From an uncultured Gammaproteobacteria bacterium (GTDB taxonomy: Bacteria; Patescibacteriota; Patescibacteriia; Magasanikbacterales; JBBTXJ01), in NCBI GenBank assembly GCA_964610305.1, contig CAZSVL010000003.1:13122-77121 (forward strand): 64,000 nucleotides of DNA. Direction: 5' to 3'. The translations under genes and the position numbers were made by a program. Positions 8,288-19,800 of this stretch are shown here, in pieces (the first letter of the stretch is position 1; each line of letters starts with the position of its first letter). The notes below the pieces were generated by a model. The model was given only the letters and a program-made list of their open reading frames with translations. It had not been told where the DNA came from and did no database searches.

Positions 8288-10648
8288 TTACTCCTCTAAA
8301 TAGTCTCCTTGTTGGCCATCAAGATAATCATCTTCTGATTGCTCATCATCAACATCCTCTTGCTGCTCCTCTTGCTCAAATGACTGCTCTTCTTGTTCAA
8401 TAATGCGTGGCGGCCGGCTTGGCACGGGAATATCCTCGTATCCATCGCTGTCATCTACCATATCAAGATCATCGGGGCTCATCAAGACTTCCCTTGCTTT
8501 TGATCCCACAGCTGGTCCTACCACATCTGCCTCTTCTAGCTCATCTAAAATACGCGCAGCTCTGGCGTAGCCAACACGCAAGCGGCGTTGCAAGAAAGAG
8601 GCGCTGGCTTTTCCGCTTTCAATAACCATTTGCCGCGCTTGCTCAAAAAGAGTGTCTCGCTCTGCGCTGCCCCCACCAAATACCGTGGCACTTGGCCCGC
8701 CTGTTTTTTCAAAATCCTCATAAGAAGGTGCATCTTGGTCCTTCAAAAAGTCTGCAATGCGGTGAATTTCTTCTTCTGATATAAATGCGCCTTGCAACCT
8801 TTTTGGTTTGGAAAGATCAGCAGTAAGTAAAAGCATATCTCCGCGACCAAGAAGTTTTTCAGCTCCAGCATTATCCAAAATAACGCGCGAGTCCATGAGG
8901 GATCCCACAGAGAATGCAACGCGCGCCGGGATGTTTGCTTTCATCAGACCAGTAATTATATCTACGCTTGGTCTTTGCGTTGCAATAACCAAGTGTATTC
9001 CCACGGCACGTGACATTTGCGCAAGCCGCACAATGCCCGCTTCTACTTCTGCGCCAGAGGTGACCATAAGATCTGCCAGCTCATCTATAACAAATACAAT
9101 GTACGGCAATTTTTCTCTACTTTTTTTGTTGTAAGAGCCAATGTCGCGGCTCTTATTTTTAGAGAGCAGATCAAAGCGCCTTTCCATTTCCGTGATCGCC
9201 CATTTAATAGCGGCAATGGTTTTGTTTTTATCCGTGATGACAGGCGTTAGCAAATGTGGAATGCCATTGTAGGCAGGAAGCTCAACACGTTTTGGGTCTA
9301 CCATGATAAAGCGTAGTGTGGCCGGCGTGTGTTGGTACAAAAGACTAATAATAAGGCTGTGGATTCCTACGGTCTTTCCAGAACCGGTTGCGCCGGCAAT
9401 AAGCAGGTGTGGCATTTTTGAGATGTCTGCAATTTTGGGTGTTCCAGAAACATCTTTTCCAACCGCAAAAAGCAAACCTTCTTTTCTGCCCTTAAATTCT
9501 TTGTGTTCCAAAAGCTCACGCAGCGTAACCATAGCAATACGCTGATTGGGTACTTCTACTCCCACCAAAGATTTACCCGGAATAGGCGCTTCTATTCTTA
9601 TGGGGTGAGCGGCAAGAGCAAGCGCCAGATCATTATGCAGAGCGGTGATTCTGTTGAGTTTAACCCCTTTGGAAGGTTTAAGGGTGTACTGAGTAACGGT
9701 TGGCCCAACCTGAATATCTCCAAGGCTTACATCAATGCCAAAATTATCCAGCGTGTCTTTTATAATAGCGCTGTTTGCTTTTATGTCTCCCGCAGTAGGT
9801 TTTGATTTAGAGGTGTATAGCAAATTGGGAGAAGGGAGGATAAAAGGTTTTTTTGGTTTTGCTGGAGCTGCTGGTTTGCTAGAGGTTTTTTCTTCTTCCT
9901 CCTCAGAGTCCGCTTGCTCTGGCGTTTCCTCTTCTAGTTCATCTTCAAAATCTGCGTCTTCATCATCAATAGTAGAGAGCGCTCTTCTCTCAAAGCCTAT
10001 ATCGTCATCTACATCATCATCCGTGCTAGCATAAGGAGTGCTTTTGCCACGCACTAATCTAGACAAGCTTACAATACTGTTTCCAATCCAGCCCAAGTGT
10101 GCCAAAACCAAGCGGTGAGTTTCTACCAGATTGGCCAGTGACATATTAAACAAAAACAGCAGCGCAACCACCAGCAGAGCAATCAGAATAATCATGCCCG
10201 CCCAATACCCTACAAATTGTTTTAATGGCCATGCCAGAGCAAGCCCTAAAATTCCACCACCACTACCAAGGAGCGCTTCATCTATTAAATCCCGCGCTGG
10301 AAAGCCCAGGTGGAACATAGCGTTTACGGCAAGAAAGAAAAGCGCCGCGCCAATAAAGTGCATGAGGGTGTAATTGTACTCGCCCTCTTTCTCAATAAGA
10401 TAGCCAATGATAATAAGGACCACGGGAATAACAAATCTAGTTTTTCCAAATCCTACAGAGAGAAATGCCTCCCAAAAAGTACCGGCCAGGCCTGCAAGCT
10501 GAAAGAAGGATAGAAGCGAGAGCCCAGCCAGTGCAAACAAAAAAATGGCGAGTACACCCCGCTTTATCTCTGGATTAAAATCAATGCGCCCAAAACTAAA
10601 GCCGTGGCGCGATCTTCGCCTCCTGCGGCGTTTTCGCCTTTTTGCCAT
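8288..10648 (-). CDS. ftsK: DNA translocase FtsK/SpoIIIE
   Basis: 4TM N-terminus, GATGSGKT, ATQRPSVD, gamma domain LQRRLRVGYARAARI. Confidence 0.97.
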   Translation of the reverse strand: MAKRRKRRRRRRSRHGFSFGRIDFNPEIKRGVLAIFLFALAGLSLLSFFQLAGLAGTFWEAFLSVGFGKTRFVIPVVLIIIGYLIEKEGEYNYTLMHFIGAALFFLAVNAMFHLGFPARDLIDEALLGSGGGILGLALAWPLKQFVGYWAGMIILIALLVVALLFLFNMSLANLVETHRLVLAHLGWIGNSIVSLSRLVRGKSTPYASTDDDVDDDIGFERRALSTIDDEDADFEDELEEETPEQADSEEEEEKTSSKPAAPAKPKKPFILPSPNLLYTSKSKPTAGDIKANSAIIKDTLDNFGIDVSLGDIQVGPTVTQYTLKPSKGVKLNRITALHNDLALALAAHPIRIEAPIPGKSLVGVEVPNQRIAMVTLRELLEHKEFKGRKEGLLFAVGKDVSGTPKIADISKMPHLLIAGATGSGKTVGIHSLIISLLYQHTPATLRFIMVDPKRVELPAYNGIPHLLTPVITDKNKTIAAIKWAITEMERRFDLLSKNKSRDIGSYNKKSREKLPYIVFVIDELADLMVTSGAEVEAGIVRLAQMSRAVGIHLVIATQRPSVDIITGLMKANIPARVAFSVGSLMDSRVILDNAGAEKLLGRGDMLLLTADLSKPKRLQGAFISEEEIHRIADFLKDQDAPSYEDFEKTGGPSATVFGGGSAERDTLFEQARQMVIESGKASASFLQRRLRVGYARAARILDELEEADVVGPAVGSKAREVLMSPDDLDMVDDSDGYEDIPVPSRPPRIIEQEEQSFEQEEQQEDVDDEQSEDDYLDGQQGDYLEE

Positions 10649-10682
10649 AGAGAAACATTATATCACGCAGCGTAAAACAAAA

Positions 10683-10875
10683 AAACCGACGTAGCGGCCC
10701 AATCTTTAAAGACCGTACATGTCTTACGTCGGAAATAGCTGGCACCACCCGTCTCTTTAGGAGTCGTTGACTAATAACCAGCACGTGAATCGTAGCGCAG
10801 CTGCAGTGGTTTGTCAATAAAAAAACCGACGCAAACCCCTACTCTTGAATAGAAGTTCTTTCTTGCGTCGGAAAA
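10683..10875 (-). terminator. Two related CCGACG...CGTCGG hairpins with T-tracts (10683-10734, 10821-10875)
   Basis: aaaaaccgacg...cgtcggaaa occurs twice. Confidence 0.6.
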
Positions 10876-10921
10876 AGGTTTGGGAGGCTTTGCTTCTTAC
10901 TAGCAAGCGGCTCTTGCCCAA

Positions 10922-11070
10922 AAACCTCTCAGAAGACCTGCGAAAGCTGTAGGTGCAATTATCCGCAACGTACGCTAGATTTCATGTCCATCACCGAGGT
11001 GATGAAATGAGGAAAGTATCTTACGTACACTTTGGACACCCACCCCTTCGCAGGTTTTCTGGGAGGTTTG
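10922..11070. ncRNA. Candidate ~150-nt rod-like structured RNA (6S-like?)
   Basis: ~24-bp imperfect outer helix plus inner helices; minus-strand TTGACA-N17-CATTAT promoter at ~11080-11108. Confidence 0.35.
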
Positions 11071-11156
11071 TGAGGACAGTATAATGCCATAAATACTTTT
11101 GTGTCAAGATGTGGACAAATAAAAAAGGGCGCGGTGTTTCCACGTTGCCCTGTTGG

Positions 11157-11909
11157 TTACTGAACCTCAATCGCCTTAGGCGGGTTGTTGTCCAGAGATC
11201 TTGGGTCCAGTGCATGCAAGGCCTTGGAGTAGGCCTTGCTATGGCGGGGGCCCGCTGCCTTGTACACCTGCCAGGTGTCTGTGGCAATGGTATAGGTTAC
11301 GTAGCACGTCTCAAAGCCAGCCCAGGTCACGCCTTGTGCCTCTACGAACACACTGTGGTTCATAGACTGACCGGTGCACCAGTCCAGGCCGGTGGGCTCC
11401 TTCTGAATCCACTGACCGTTGCCCGTGAACACCCAGAGCGAGTGCAGACGACGTGTGCCGTCCTGGTCAGTAAAGACGGTTGCTATTCGGCCAGAGACAA
11501 ATGCGTAGTCGCTCGTCCAGTTGTGACTGAATGAGGTATGGCGAACCAGGCGATCCTCCGTCGCATCGTACTTGTAGATTCGGCTTCCCGAGCTAGTGAA
11601 GAAGTAAAGGCCGTTTTCCTGCTCAGAGGTCTGGGTCACTACGCTACTGCCCATAACCAGCTTTCTGCCGGTGGGCGTAACGAGAACCTGATACCGACTT
11701 CCTGGCATCTGGTGAATAGTGCGCCCCTCTACATCACTGACGATGATGTCCTCCGTCTGGTTCCACCAGTTGAGCGTCTTAAAGACACCAACGGTTTCAC
11801 TCTTGTGGAGCGTGTCAGCGCGCGCATCCTCATAGGTACTGTGGCTCGGCGGCTCATTGCAGCCAGCCAGCAGAAGTGCGATTGTCAAAACATTCAGAGC
11901 GGTTCTCAT
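11157..11909 (-). CDS. Hypothetical lipoprotein
   Basis: Lipobox LLLAGC; beta-rich body. Confidence 0.75.
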   Translation of the reverse strand: MRTALNVLTIALLLAGCNEPPSHSTYEDARADTLHKSETVGVFKTLNWWNQTEDIIVSDVEGRTIHQMPGSRYQVLVTPTGRKLVMGSSVVTQTSEQENGLYFFTSSGSRIYKYDATEDRLVRHTSFSHNWTSDYAFVSGRIATVFTDQDGTRRLHSLWVFTGNGQWIQKEPTGLDWCTGQSMNHSVFVEAQGVTWAGFETCYVTYTIATDTWQVYKAAGPRHSKAYSKALHALDPRSLDNNPPKAIEVQ

Positions 11910-12002
11910 GTGCTTCCCCTTTCTGTGATTGTCTACTGTCTGTCCTACGGGCCGACCATGTGGTGGACATGATCGGCCGCTAGGACAGACTAGCGGGAAA
12001 AA

Positions 12003-12501
12003 TTAGTCAGTAACAGTGGTCCTGATGCCCGAAGGCACCAGGGGACACTCGTTACTCACAAGTGTCTTAACCGGAAGGGCACGGCGCAACTGCAGCACGT
12101 TCTGGAAACCAGACCGCCACAGCATGGGTACGTCGCGCACAACCGAAATCATTGGCATTGGTAAACCCTCCCGCAAGCAGGAGGAGTGACGCGTCCAAAG
12201 CATGGATTGGGCGCGATACTCCTCTTCCGTCATTCTGAACTTGATTCAGAATCTCCCAAAGAAAACGGTTTAAGAAAAACGTCTTCTGTGAGATCCCAGA
12301 TCTTCTCTGGGATGACAGAGATAAGGGGTCTACCAACAAACAGCAGGCATGATGGCATCGTTGGAGAAAGGAGGATGGGTGTTGCAAAGAACGCACCATC
12401 ATAACCTGCTGACTGTTGGTAGTAAGTTGTAAAAGATCCACACGCCCGCCGGTGATCGACGGGGTGTGGGGTCTTGGCTGTTTGTTGGGTTTTAGCTGCA
12501 A
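12003..12501 (-). pseudogene. Hypothetical gene frameshifted by an 88-nt palindromic insertion (12229-12316)
   Basis: Deleting 12229-12316 joins the ORF starting at 12501 and ORF 12003-12233 into one 136-aa frame. Confidence 0.6.
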
Positions 12502-12870
12502 CGCTCTAGGCGAATTCGCGGATTCGTTCTTTCCGAGCGGGTGAACACGAATCGCAACTGCCCTTCCCAGGCCTTGTTGATACGAGCGATGAGCTCATGG
12601 AATTCCTGCAGATGCAGACCACTCGCGTGAACAGGATAAGTGGTAGACTCATCGCCGATCAGCGTGGTTTGGATAATGAGCAGCAGCGACGCGCCCAAAC
12701 GAGCGCGCACAAATGCCATCAGATCCAGCCGATCCACCTTGCGGCAGAAGTGCTCGCTGATCCGGTTGAGCTCCTGGTCCATAAGCAAGCTTTGCTCGCG
12801 GTACCAGATTCGGAAGGCCTGCGCCTCCTGACGTGGCACTGTGAATGAGATTTCGTTTACTCCTCCGTGC
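12492..12870 (-). CDS. Hypothetical protein
   Basis: ORF with GGAGG-like SD; exact start uncertain (12902 or ~12872). Confidence 0.55.
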
Positions 12871-13142
12871 ATACTCCCTCCCAAGAGTTCGTTTTCAAAC
12901 AAAAACAGTCACAGATCGTCCTCGGTAGCATGGCTGGCGCTTACCTTTTTTGTATATAGGTTTATATGCGACAGGTGCCCCCTCGGACGATCTCTGACTG
13001 CTTTAAAATTGTTAACGTTCTTTGCAACGACGATATCATTATAATACCGCAACTGCACACTATAGCACACTTTTGTCATTTTGTCAAGAGGAGATGCCTA
13101 TAATTTGGCTTATTTTAGCGCGATTTTGCATTTTGCTTCAGG

Positions 13143-13305
13143 GGTTAGGGGTTAGCGTGTAGGGTGTAGTGGTATCACCTTGTCATTCTGAACTTGATTC
13201 AGAATCTAGGAAGAAATTGAGCACGTCTTACTGTTCTAGTGGATCCTGAATCAAGTTCAGGATGATGCTATAGAGATTCTACACCCTACACCCTACGCCC
13301 TAACC
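13143..13305. repeat. Heptamer (GGGTGTA-type) inverted repeat enclosing a GTCAT palindrome (13182-13266)
   Basis: ggttaggggttagcgtgtagggtgtag / ctacaccctacaccctacgccctaacc. Confidence 0.8.
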
Positions 13306-13525
13306 ACTAGAGACTGTGGATACACTATTTGACAAACGTCAAACAACCGTATAGAATAACGCTGATTTTTAGCGTCTTTGACGCACTTAAACTTTTGCCC
13401 TTATTTTAGCAAAAAAATCAATGAAGGGCCGCCTCCGCGTTGATACAAATTAAGTAAATTTAGCCAAAAACGCCCTATGGGCGCTACTTTTTGTTCTGCG
13501 GAAAAAAATCGCTTTCATTTTCTGT

Positions 13526-13563
13526 GAGATCCCGGATATTTGCTTCGCAAATTTCGGGATGAC
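13526..13563. repeat. Half copy of GTCAT...ATGAC palindromic repeat
   Basis: gagatcccggatatttgcttcgcaaatttcgggatgac matches the right arm of the 42298-42394 element. Confidence 0.7.
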
Positions 13564-13604
13564 AGGAAGTATACCTTATTATATACACCTTATAATTCTC
13601 CCCT

Positions 13605-16600
13605 ATGACATTCAAACGTCAGGCAGTAAAAGAGCGAGCACGCCGCTTTTTTACTGAAAAAAGAGACGCCATTGAGCTGCCAGAGCTCATTGAGGTCCAA
13701 AAAACGAGCTATAACTGGTTTTTTGATAAAGGCCTTAAGGAGCTACTCTCTGAAATCTCACCCATAACAGACTTCTCTGGCAGAGACCTAGAGCTTTATT
13801 TTGACGATTATTATCTAGATGAGCCAAATTTTGAGGAAAAGGTTTGTAGAGAGAAGAAAATTTCTTACGAGGCTGCTTTGAGAGTAAAAACTCGTTTAAT
13901 TAATAAAAGAACGGGCGTAACCACAGATCAAGAGGTATATTTGGGAGATATTCCTCAGATGACCACCCGTGGAACGTTTATTATTAACGGAAACGAGCGT
14001 GTTATTGTTTCTCAGCTTATCAGATCTGCCGGTGTGTACTTTACGGCAGAGAACATCAGGGGAAGAAAATATTACGGTGCCAAGATTATTCCTAATCGCG
14101 GCGCTTGGATTGAAATAGAAACCGATAGAAACAATATTATTTGGGCAAAGGTGGATCGCCGTAGAAAAGTGGCGGTTACTTCTTTGATGCGTGCATTTGG
14201 CATGTCTGATACTGATCAGATAAAAAAGACATTTGAAGAAGTTAACACTCACCCCAACATTGATTTTGTAGAAAATACCATAGCAAAGGATGCCGCAGAA
14301 AATGAAGAAGAAGGTTTGGTAGAAGTTTACAAGAGAATCAGGCCGGGAGACTTGGCAACACCGGATAACGCCAGGCAGCTTATCCACGCCATGTTCTTTA
14401 ATTTTTCTCGGTACGATTTGTCTAAAGTTGGTGTATACAAATTTTTCTCAAGATTTGATAAGCAATTTAAAGATGCTGATCTTGAGGATCAAGAAAACAG
14501 AGTGCTCTCATTGGAAAAACTTATTGACGTGGTAACAGAAGTTATTAGACTCAATATAACGCAAGAAGAACCAGATGATATTGACCACTTGGGAAACCGT
14601 AGAATACGCGCCGTGGGCGAGCTGGTGCAGGGACGTTTCCGCGTGGGACTAGCAAGAATGGAGCGTATTGTGACAGACAGAATGAGCACCTACGACATTG
14701 ATACCATCTCTCCAAGCCGTTTGATAAACGCGCGGCCGGTCATTGGAGCGGTTAGAGAATTCTTTATGAGCTCTCAGCTGTCTCAGTTTATGGATCAGAC
14801 CAACCCGCTCTCAGAGCTAGAGCACAAAAGGCGTGTTTCTGCTTTGGGCCCTGGTGGACTCTCAAGAGACAGAGCCGGCTTTGAGGTGCGAGACGTGCAC
14901 CCAACTCACTACGGACGCATTTGTCCTATTGCCACGCCAGAAGGACCAAACATTGGTTTGGTTGGCCACTTGTCATCTTTTGCGCGGATTAATGAATTTG
15001 GATTTGTTGAAACACCGTACCGAAAAGTGGAAAAAGACGCCGATGGAAGACGGCGCGTGACGGATGAAGTTGAATATCTAAACGCTTTTAGAGAAGAAAA
15101 AGCCATTACCACCTCAGCCACTACAGCCGTAGATGAGGATGGTTATTTTGTTGCAAAGCGTGCGCCGGTTAGAAAATTTGGAGAGCCATCTGTTGAGTCA
15201 ACAAAAAAAATAGGATACATGGACGTGGCCAGCAACCAAGTTGTTTCTGTTGCTACTTCTCTGATTCCCTTTTTAGAACATGATGACGCTACGCGCGCAC
15301 TGATGGGAACAAACATGCAAAGACAGGCCGTGCCTACCATCAAGCCAGACGCTCCTATAATTGGAACCGGCATAGAAAAGCGCGCTGCCATAGATTCTGG
15401 ATACCTTATTACCGCGCCAGAAGATGGTGTGGTGGAATACGCTGATGGTGCCCGCATTACGTTTGTAGAAAACAAGAGCGGTAAAAAGCATGAGTATGAG
15501 CTGCTCAAATACGTAAGATCTAACCCGGGAACCAGCATTGACCAGAGATCTTTGGTGGTAACCGGAGATAAACTTAAAAAGGGTGACCTTATTGCCGATG
15601 GGCCATCTATTGATCATGGAGAGCTAGCTCTTGGGCAGAACATGCTGGTGGCCTACATGGTGTGGGACGGCTATAACTACGAGGACGCCATTATTATTTC
15701 TGAGCGATTGGTAAGAAAAGACAGGCTTACCAGTATTCATATTGAGAGCAGAAGCATTGATGTGCGCGAGACCAAATTGGGTCCAGAGGTTATTACCTCT
15801 GACATTCCAAACGTCTCAGAAGAGCGATTGCGTAACTTAGACTCAGAAGGAATAATCCGCATTGGAGCAGAGGTAAGGCCCGGAGATATATTGGTTGGAA
15901 AAATTACGCCAAAGGGTGAAACAGACCTTTCCCCTGAAGAGCGACTCTTAAGAGCTATCTTTGGAGAAAAAGCGCGCGATGTTCGTGATTCTTCTTTGTA
16001 CCTAAAACACGGAGAGCACGGAAAAGTAATCGGCGTGAGTATTTTCTCTGCAGAAGAGGGAGACAAGCTCCAGCCCGGTGTGATCCGCAGAGTAGAAGTT
16101 ACGGTGGCGGACATGCGTAAAATTCAGGTGGGAGATAAGCTTGCGGGGCGTCATGGAAACAAGGGAGTTATCTCTAGGGTTGTTCCGGCAGAGGACATGC
16201 CGTTTATGGAAGACGGAACGCCGGTAGATATTATTCTCTCTCCACTTGGTGTTATTTCCCGTATGAACTTGGGGCAGCTTTTGGAAACGCATCTGGGATT
16301 GGCTGCTAATGCTCAAGGATACAACGCCGCCACCCCGGTTCTTAACGGTGTTTCGGAAGAGCAAATTGGAGACGAGCTAGAAAAAGCAGGTTTTGCTCGT
16401 GACGGACAGATTCAGCTCTACGATGGAAGAACCGGAGAGGCATTTGATAGAAAAACTACGGTTGGCTATAACTACATGCTTAAGTTGGTACACATGGTGG
16501 ATGATAAAATTCACCAAAGGTCTATTGGTCCGTACAGCTTAATTACGCAACAGCCGCTTGGTGGTAAAGCGCAGCATGGTGGTCAAAGGTTTGGAGAGAT

Positions 16601-16880
16601 GGAAGTGTGGGCGCTAGAGGCTTACGGCGCCGCACACACGTTGCAGGAAGTGCTGACTATTAAATCTGACGACGTGCAAGGAAGAGCGCGTGCTTATGAG
16701 GCAATTATTAAAGGAGAGCAAATCTCTAAGGTTAATATTCCAGAGTCTTTCCACGTGTTGACACGTGAGCTAAAAGGTCTTGCTTTGGATATTGAACTGC
16801 TCCGCAAAACAGAAAGCGGCAAGTATTTACCGGTAGAGCAGCCAAGCTACGATAAAGACCCTAGAACTCCACGAACATAA
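13605..16880 (+). CDS. rpoB: RNA polymerase beta subunit
   Basis: [31 protein letters not shown]. Confidence 0.99.
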   Translation: MTFKRQAVKERARRFFTEKRDAIELPELIEVQKTSYNWFFDKGLKELLSEISPITDFSGRDLELYFDDYYLDEPNFEEKVCREKKISYEAALRVKTRLINKRTGVTTDQEVYLGDIPQMTTRGTFIINGNERVIVSQLIRSAGVYFTAENIRGRKYYGAKIIPNRGAWIEIETDRNNIIWAKVDRRRKVAVTSLMRAFGMSDTDQIKKTFEEVNTHPNIDFVENTIAKDAAENEEEGLVEVYKRIRPGDLATPDNARQLIHAMFFNFSRYDLSKVGVYKFFSRFDKQFKDADLEDQENRVLSLEKLIDVVTEVIRLNITQEEPDDIDHLGNRRIRAVGELVQGRFRVGLARMERIVTDRMSTYDIDTISPSRLINARPVIGAVREFFMSSQLSQFMDQTNPLSELEHKRRVSALGPGGLSRDRAGFEVRDVHPTHYGRICPIATPEGPNIGLVGHLSSFARINEFGFVETPYRKVEKDADGRRRVTDEVEYLNAFREEKAITTSATTAVDEDGYFVAKRAPVRKFGEPSVESTKKIGYMDVASNQVVSVATSLIPFLEHDDATRALMGTNMQRQAVPTIKPDAPIIGTGIEKRAAIDSGYLITAPEDGVVEYADGARITFVENKSGKKHEYELLKYVRSNPGTSIDQRSLVVTGDKLKKGDLIADGPSIDHGELALGQNMLVAYMVWDGYNYEDAIIISERLVRKDRLTSIHIESRSIDVRETKLGPEVITSDIPNVSEERLRNLDSEGIIRIGAEVRPGDILVGKITPKGETDLSPEERLLRAIFGEKARDVRDSSLYLKHGEHGKVIGVSIFSAEEGDKLQPGVIRRVEVTVADMRKIQVGDKLAGRHGNKGVISRVVPAEDMPFMEDGTPVDIILSPLGVISRMNLGQLLETHLGLAANAQGYNAATPVLNGVSEEQIGDELEKAGFARDGQIQLYDGRTGEAFDRKTTVGYNYMLKLVHMVDDKIHQRSIGPYSLITQQPLGGKAQHGGQRFGEMEVWALEAYGAAHTLQEVLTIKSDDVQGRARAYEAIIKGEQISKVNIPESFHVLTRELKGLALDIELLRKTESGKYLPVEQPSYDKDPRTPRT

Positions 16881-16884
16881 ACAT

Positions 16885-19800
16885 ATGGCAGACGCATTAC
16901 ATACCATAGACTTTGACGCCATTCGTCTAAAAATAGCCTCACCTGAAGTTATAAAAGGGTGGAGCTCTGGCGAAGTGTTAAAGCCTGAGACCATTAACTA
17001 TAGAACGCAGAAGCCTGAGAAGAGCGGATTGTTTGCAGAAGAAATTTTTGGCCCGACTAAAGACTGGGAGTGTTATTGTGGTAAGTACAGAAAAATTCGT
17101 TACAAGGGAATCACGTGTGATAAATGTGGAGTGGAGGTAACGCACTCTTTAGTAAGACGTGAGCGTATGGGACACATTGATTTGGCAGCGCCGGTTGCCC
17201 ACATTTGGTTTTTGCGATCCATCCCATCAAAAATTGGAACGGTTCTAGACATGAGTGTGCAATCTCTTGAAAAAGTGATCTATTTTGCATCCTTTATTAT
17301 CACATCCGTTGATGAAGATCTAAAAGCGCAAACTATTGACCAGCTGCGTAACGAATATAAAAGCAAAAGAAAACAAATTAAGAAATCCGGAGCAGAGGCA
17401 GAGCTGCTAGAGGAAAATCTAGCAGAGCTTGAAGAGGATTTTACCAGCATGGAAAAAGAGATTAAGGATATTGTTCCCATGCATATTTTGGGAGAGAATG
17501 AGTATCAAGAAATCTCTTTGCGTTTTGGTCACTTCTTTGAGGCGGCCATTGGCGGAGAGGCTATTAGGAATTTGCTGCGCGATATTGATCTAAAAAAGAC
17601 TATTGATCAATTGCAAAAAGATCTAGCCAAGAGCAAGGGAGCAAAAAGAGAGCGCATGATGCGCCGCTTAAAGCTCCTTAAGTCTCTGCAGCTTAACGGT
17701 ATACGGCCAGAGTGGATGGTCCTCACCGCTATTCCTATAATTCCACCAGATTTGAGGCCTATGGTTGCGCTGGATGGTGGACGTTTTGCAACGTCTGATC
17801 TTAATGATCTGTATAGGCGTGTGATCAACAGAAATAATCGTCTTAAAAGATTGGCAAGTTTGAACGCGCCAGAGGTTATCATAAGAAATGAAAAACGCAT
17901 GCTTCAGGAGGCGGCAGACGCCATGATAGATAATAATGCGCGTCGCACCAAAACCGTGCAGAGCCCTGCTGGTAAAAAACGGCAGCTAAGATCTTTGGCC
18001 GATATTCTTAAAGGTAAGCAGGGAAGATTTCGTCAGAACCTCTTGGGTAAACGCGTAGACTATTCTGGGCGATCCGTTATTGTGGTTGGTCCAAACCTTA
18101 AAATTAATGAATGTGGGCTTCCTAAGAAAATGGCACTTGAGCTTTTCCGCCCCATGGTGATGAGCCAAGTTATAAAGCGCGAGTTTGCGCACAATGTAAG
18201 GTCTGCAAGCCGTTTTGTAGAGAGTGAGCGTGATGAGGTCTGGGATATTTTAGAAGAAGTTATTGCAGAAACGCGTGTGCTCTTAAACCGCGCGCCTACG
18301 CTTCATAGATTAGGTATTCAAGCATTTAAACCGCGGCTTATTGAGGGTAAGGCTATAAGATTGCATCCTTTGGTGTGTACCGCGTTTAACGCTGACTTTG
18401 ATGGAGACCAAATGGCGGTCCACGTGCCGCTTACCACCGATGCTCGCTGGGAAGCAGAGAACCTCATGGCCTCAGAGAAAAACTTGCTAAAGCCTGCTAC
18501 GGGAGATCCGGTGGTTACGCCTAAACAAGACTTGGCTTTGGGCGCATTTTACGTAACACAAATTGTTGAGCCTGAGGATGGCAAGCGCCTAAAGATGTTT
18601 AATTCTCCCAAAGAAGCGCAGCTTGCTTACAAACTGCGTAAAATTGGACTGCAAGAAAAAGTGTCGGTACGGTTTACTGATCTTTCTAAGTTTGAAAAAG
18701 GACAAGACGCGCGCATAGAGACTACGGTGGGTAGAATCATGTTCAACAAACTTTTTCCAGAGAAATTGCCGTATTATAACGAGACTATCATTTCCAAAAA
18801 GCTAGGAAAGATTATCAGATTGATGCTTGAGTATTACGGTACAGAAGAGACCGCCTTTGTAATGGATGCCATCAAGAATCTTGGCTTTAAGTACGTTACC
18901 AAATCTGGCTACTCTTTAGGTATGGGAGATTTTCCTAAGCTTGATGACAAGCCGGCGGTAATTGAAGCAGCTGACGCTCAGGTGCAAGAGGTAATGGGTC
19001 AGTATGAAGAAGGCTTGCTTACCGACACTGAGCGCCATGTTAAGGTGATAGAAATTTGGTCTGAAGCAAAAGATAAAATAATGGCCATGAACAAGCCAGC
19101 ACTTTCTAAGTTTGGTCCGGTTTTTGCCATGATTGATTCTGGTGCTCGTGGATCGTGGGGTCAGCTAACGCAGGTTATTGGAATGAAAGGTTTGGTGAGC
19201 TCACCTTCTGGAGACATTATTGAGCTGCCGGTGAAGGGATCATTTAAGCAGGGATTTGATGTGCTGGAATTCTTTATCAGCTCTCACGGAACCAGAAAAG
19301 GACTCTCTGATACGGCTTTGAGAACCGCTAACGCTGGATATCTTACCCGTCGTTTGGTAGATGTTGCGCAAGACGTTGTGGTAAGAGAAGAGAACTGTGG
19401 AGAGAAAGAGGGTATCCTTATCACCAAGAAAGAATCTGCAGAAATGGGAGAGACGGTAGCAGCGCGTGTTGTGGGACGCTACGCCATAAATGATATAAAA
19501 GCAGGTCGCAAAAAATTAGTTTCAGCCGGTGAGATAATTACAGAAGCTGCCGCTCGTCTTATTGAGCAGGCAGATTTGGATGAGGTGCAGGTAAGATCTG
19601 TGCTTAGATGTAAAATGCCAAAGGGTGTGTGTCAGATGTGCTACGGCTTTGATTTAGGGCACAACGATTTGGTAAAAATGGGAACCGCTGTGGGAATTAT
19701 TGCGGCGCAGTCTATTGGTGAGCCGGGAACACAGCTTACCATGAGAACGTTCCACACCGGTGGTGTTGCGGGAACGGATATTACTAAAGGTCTTCCAAGA

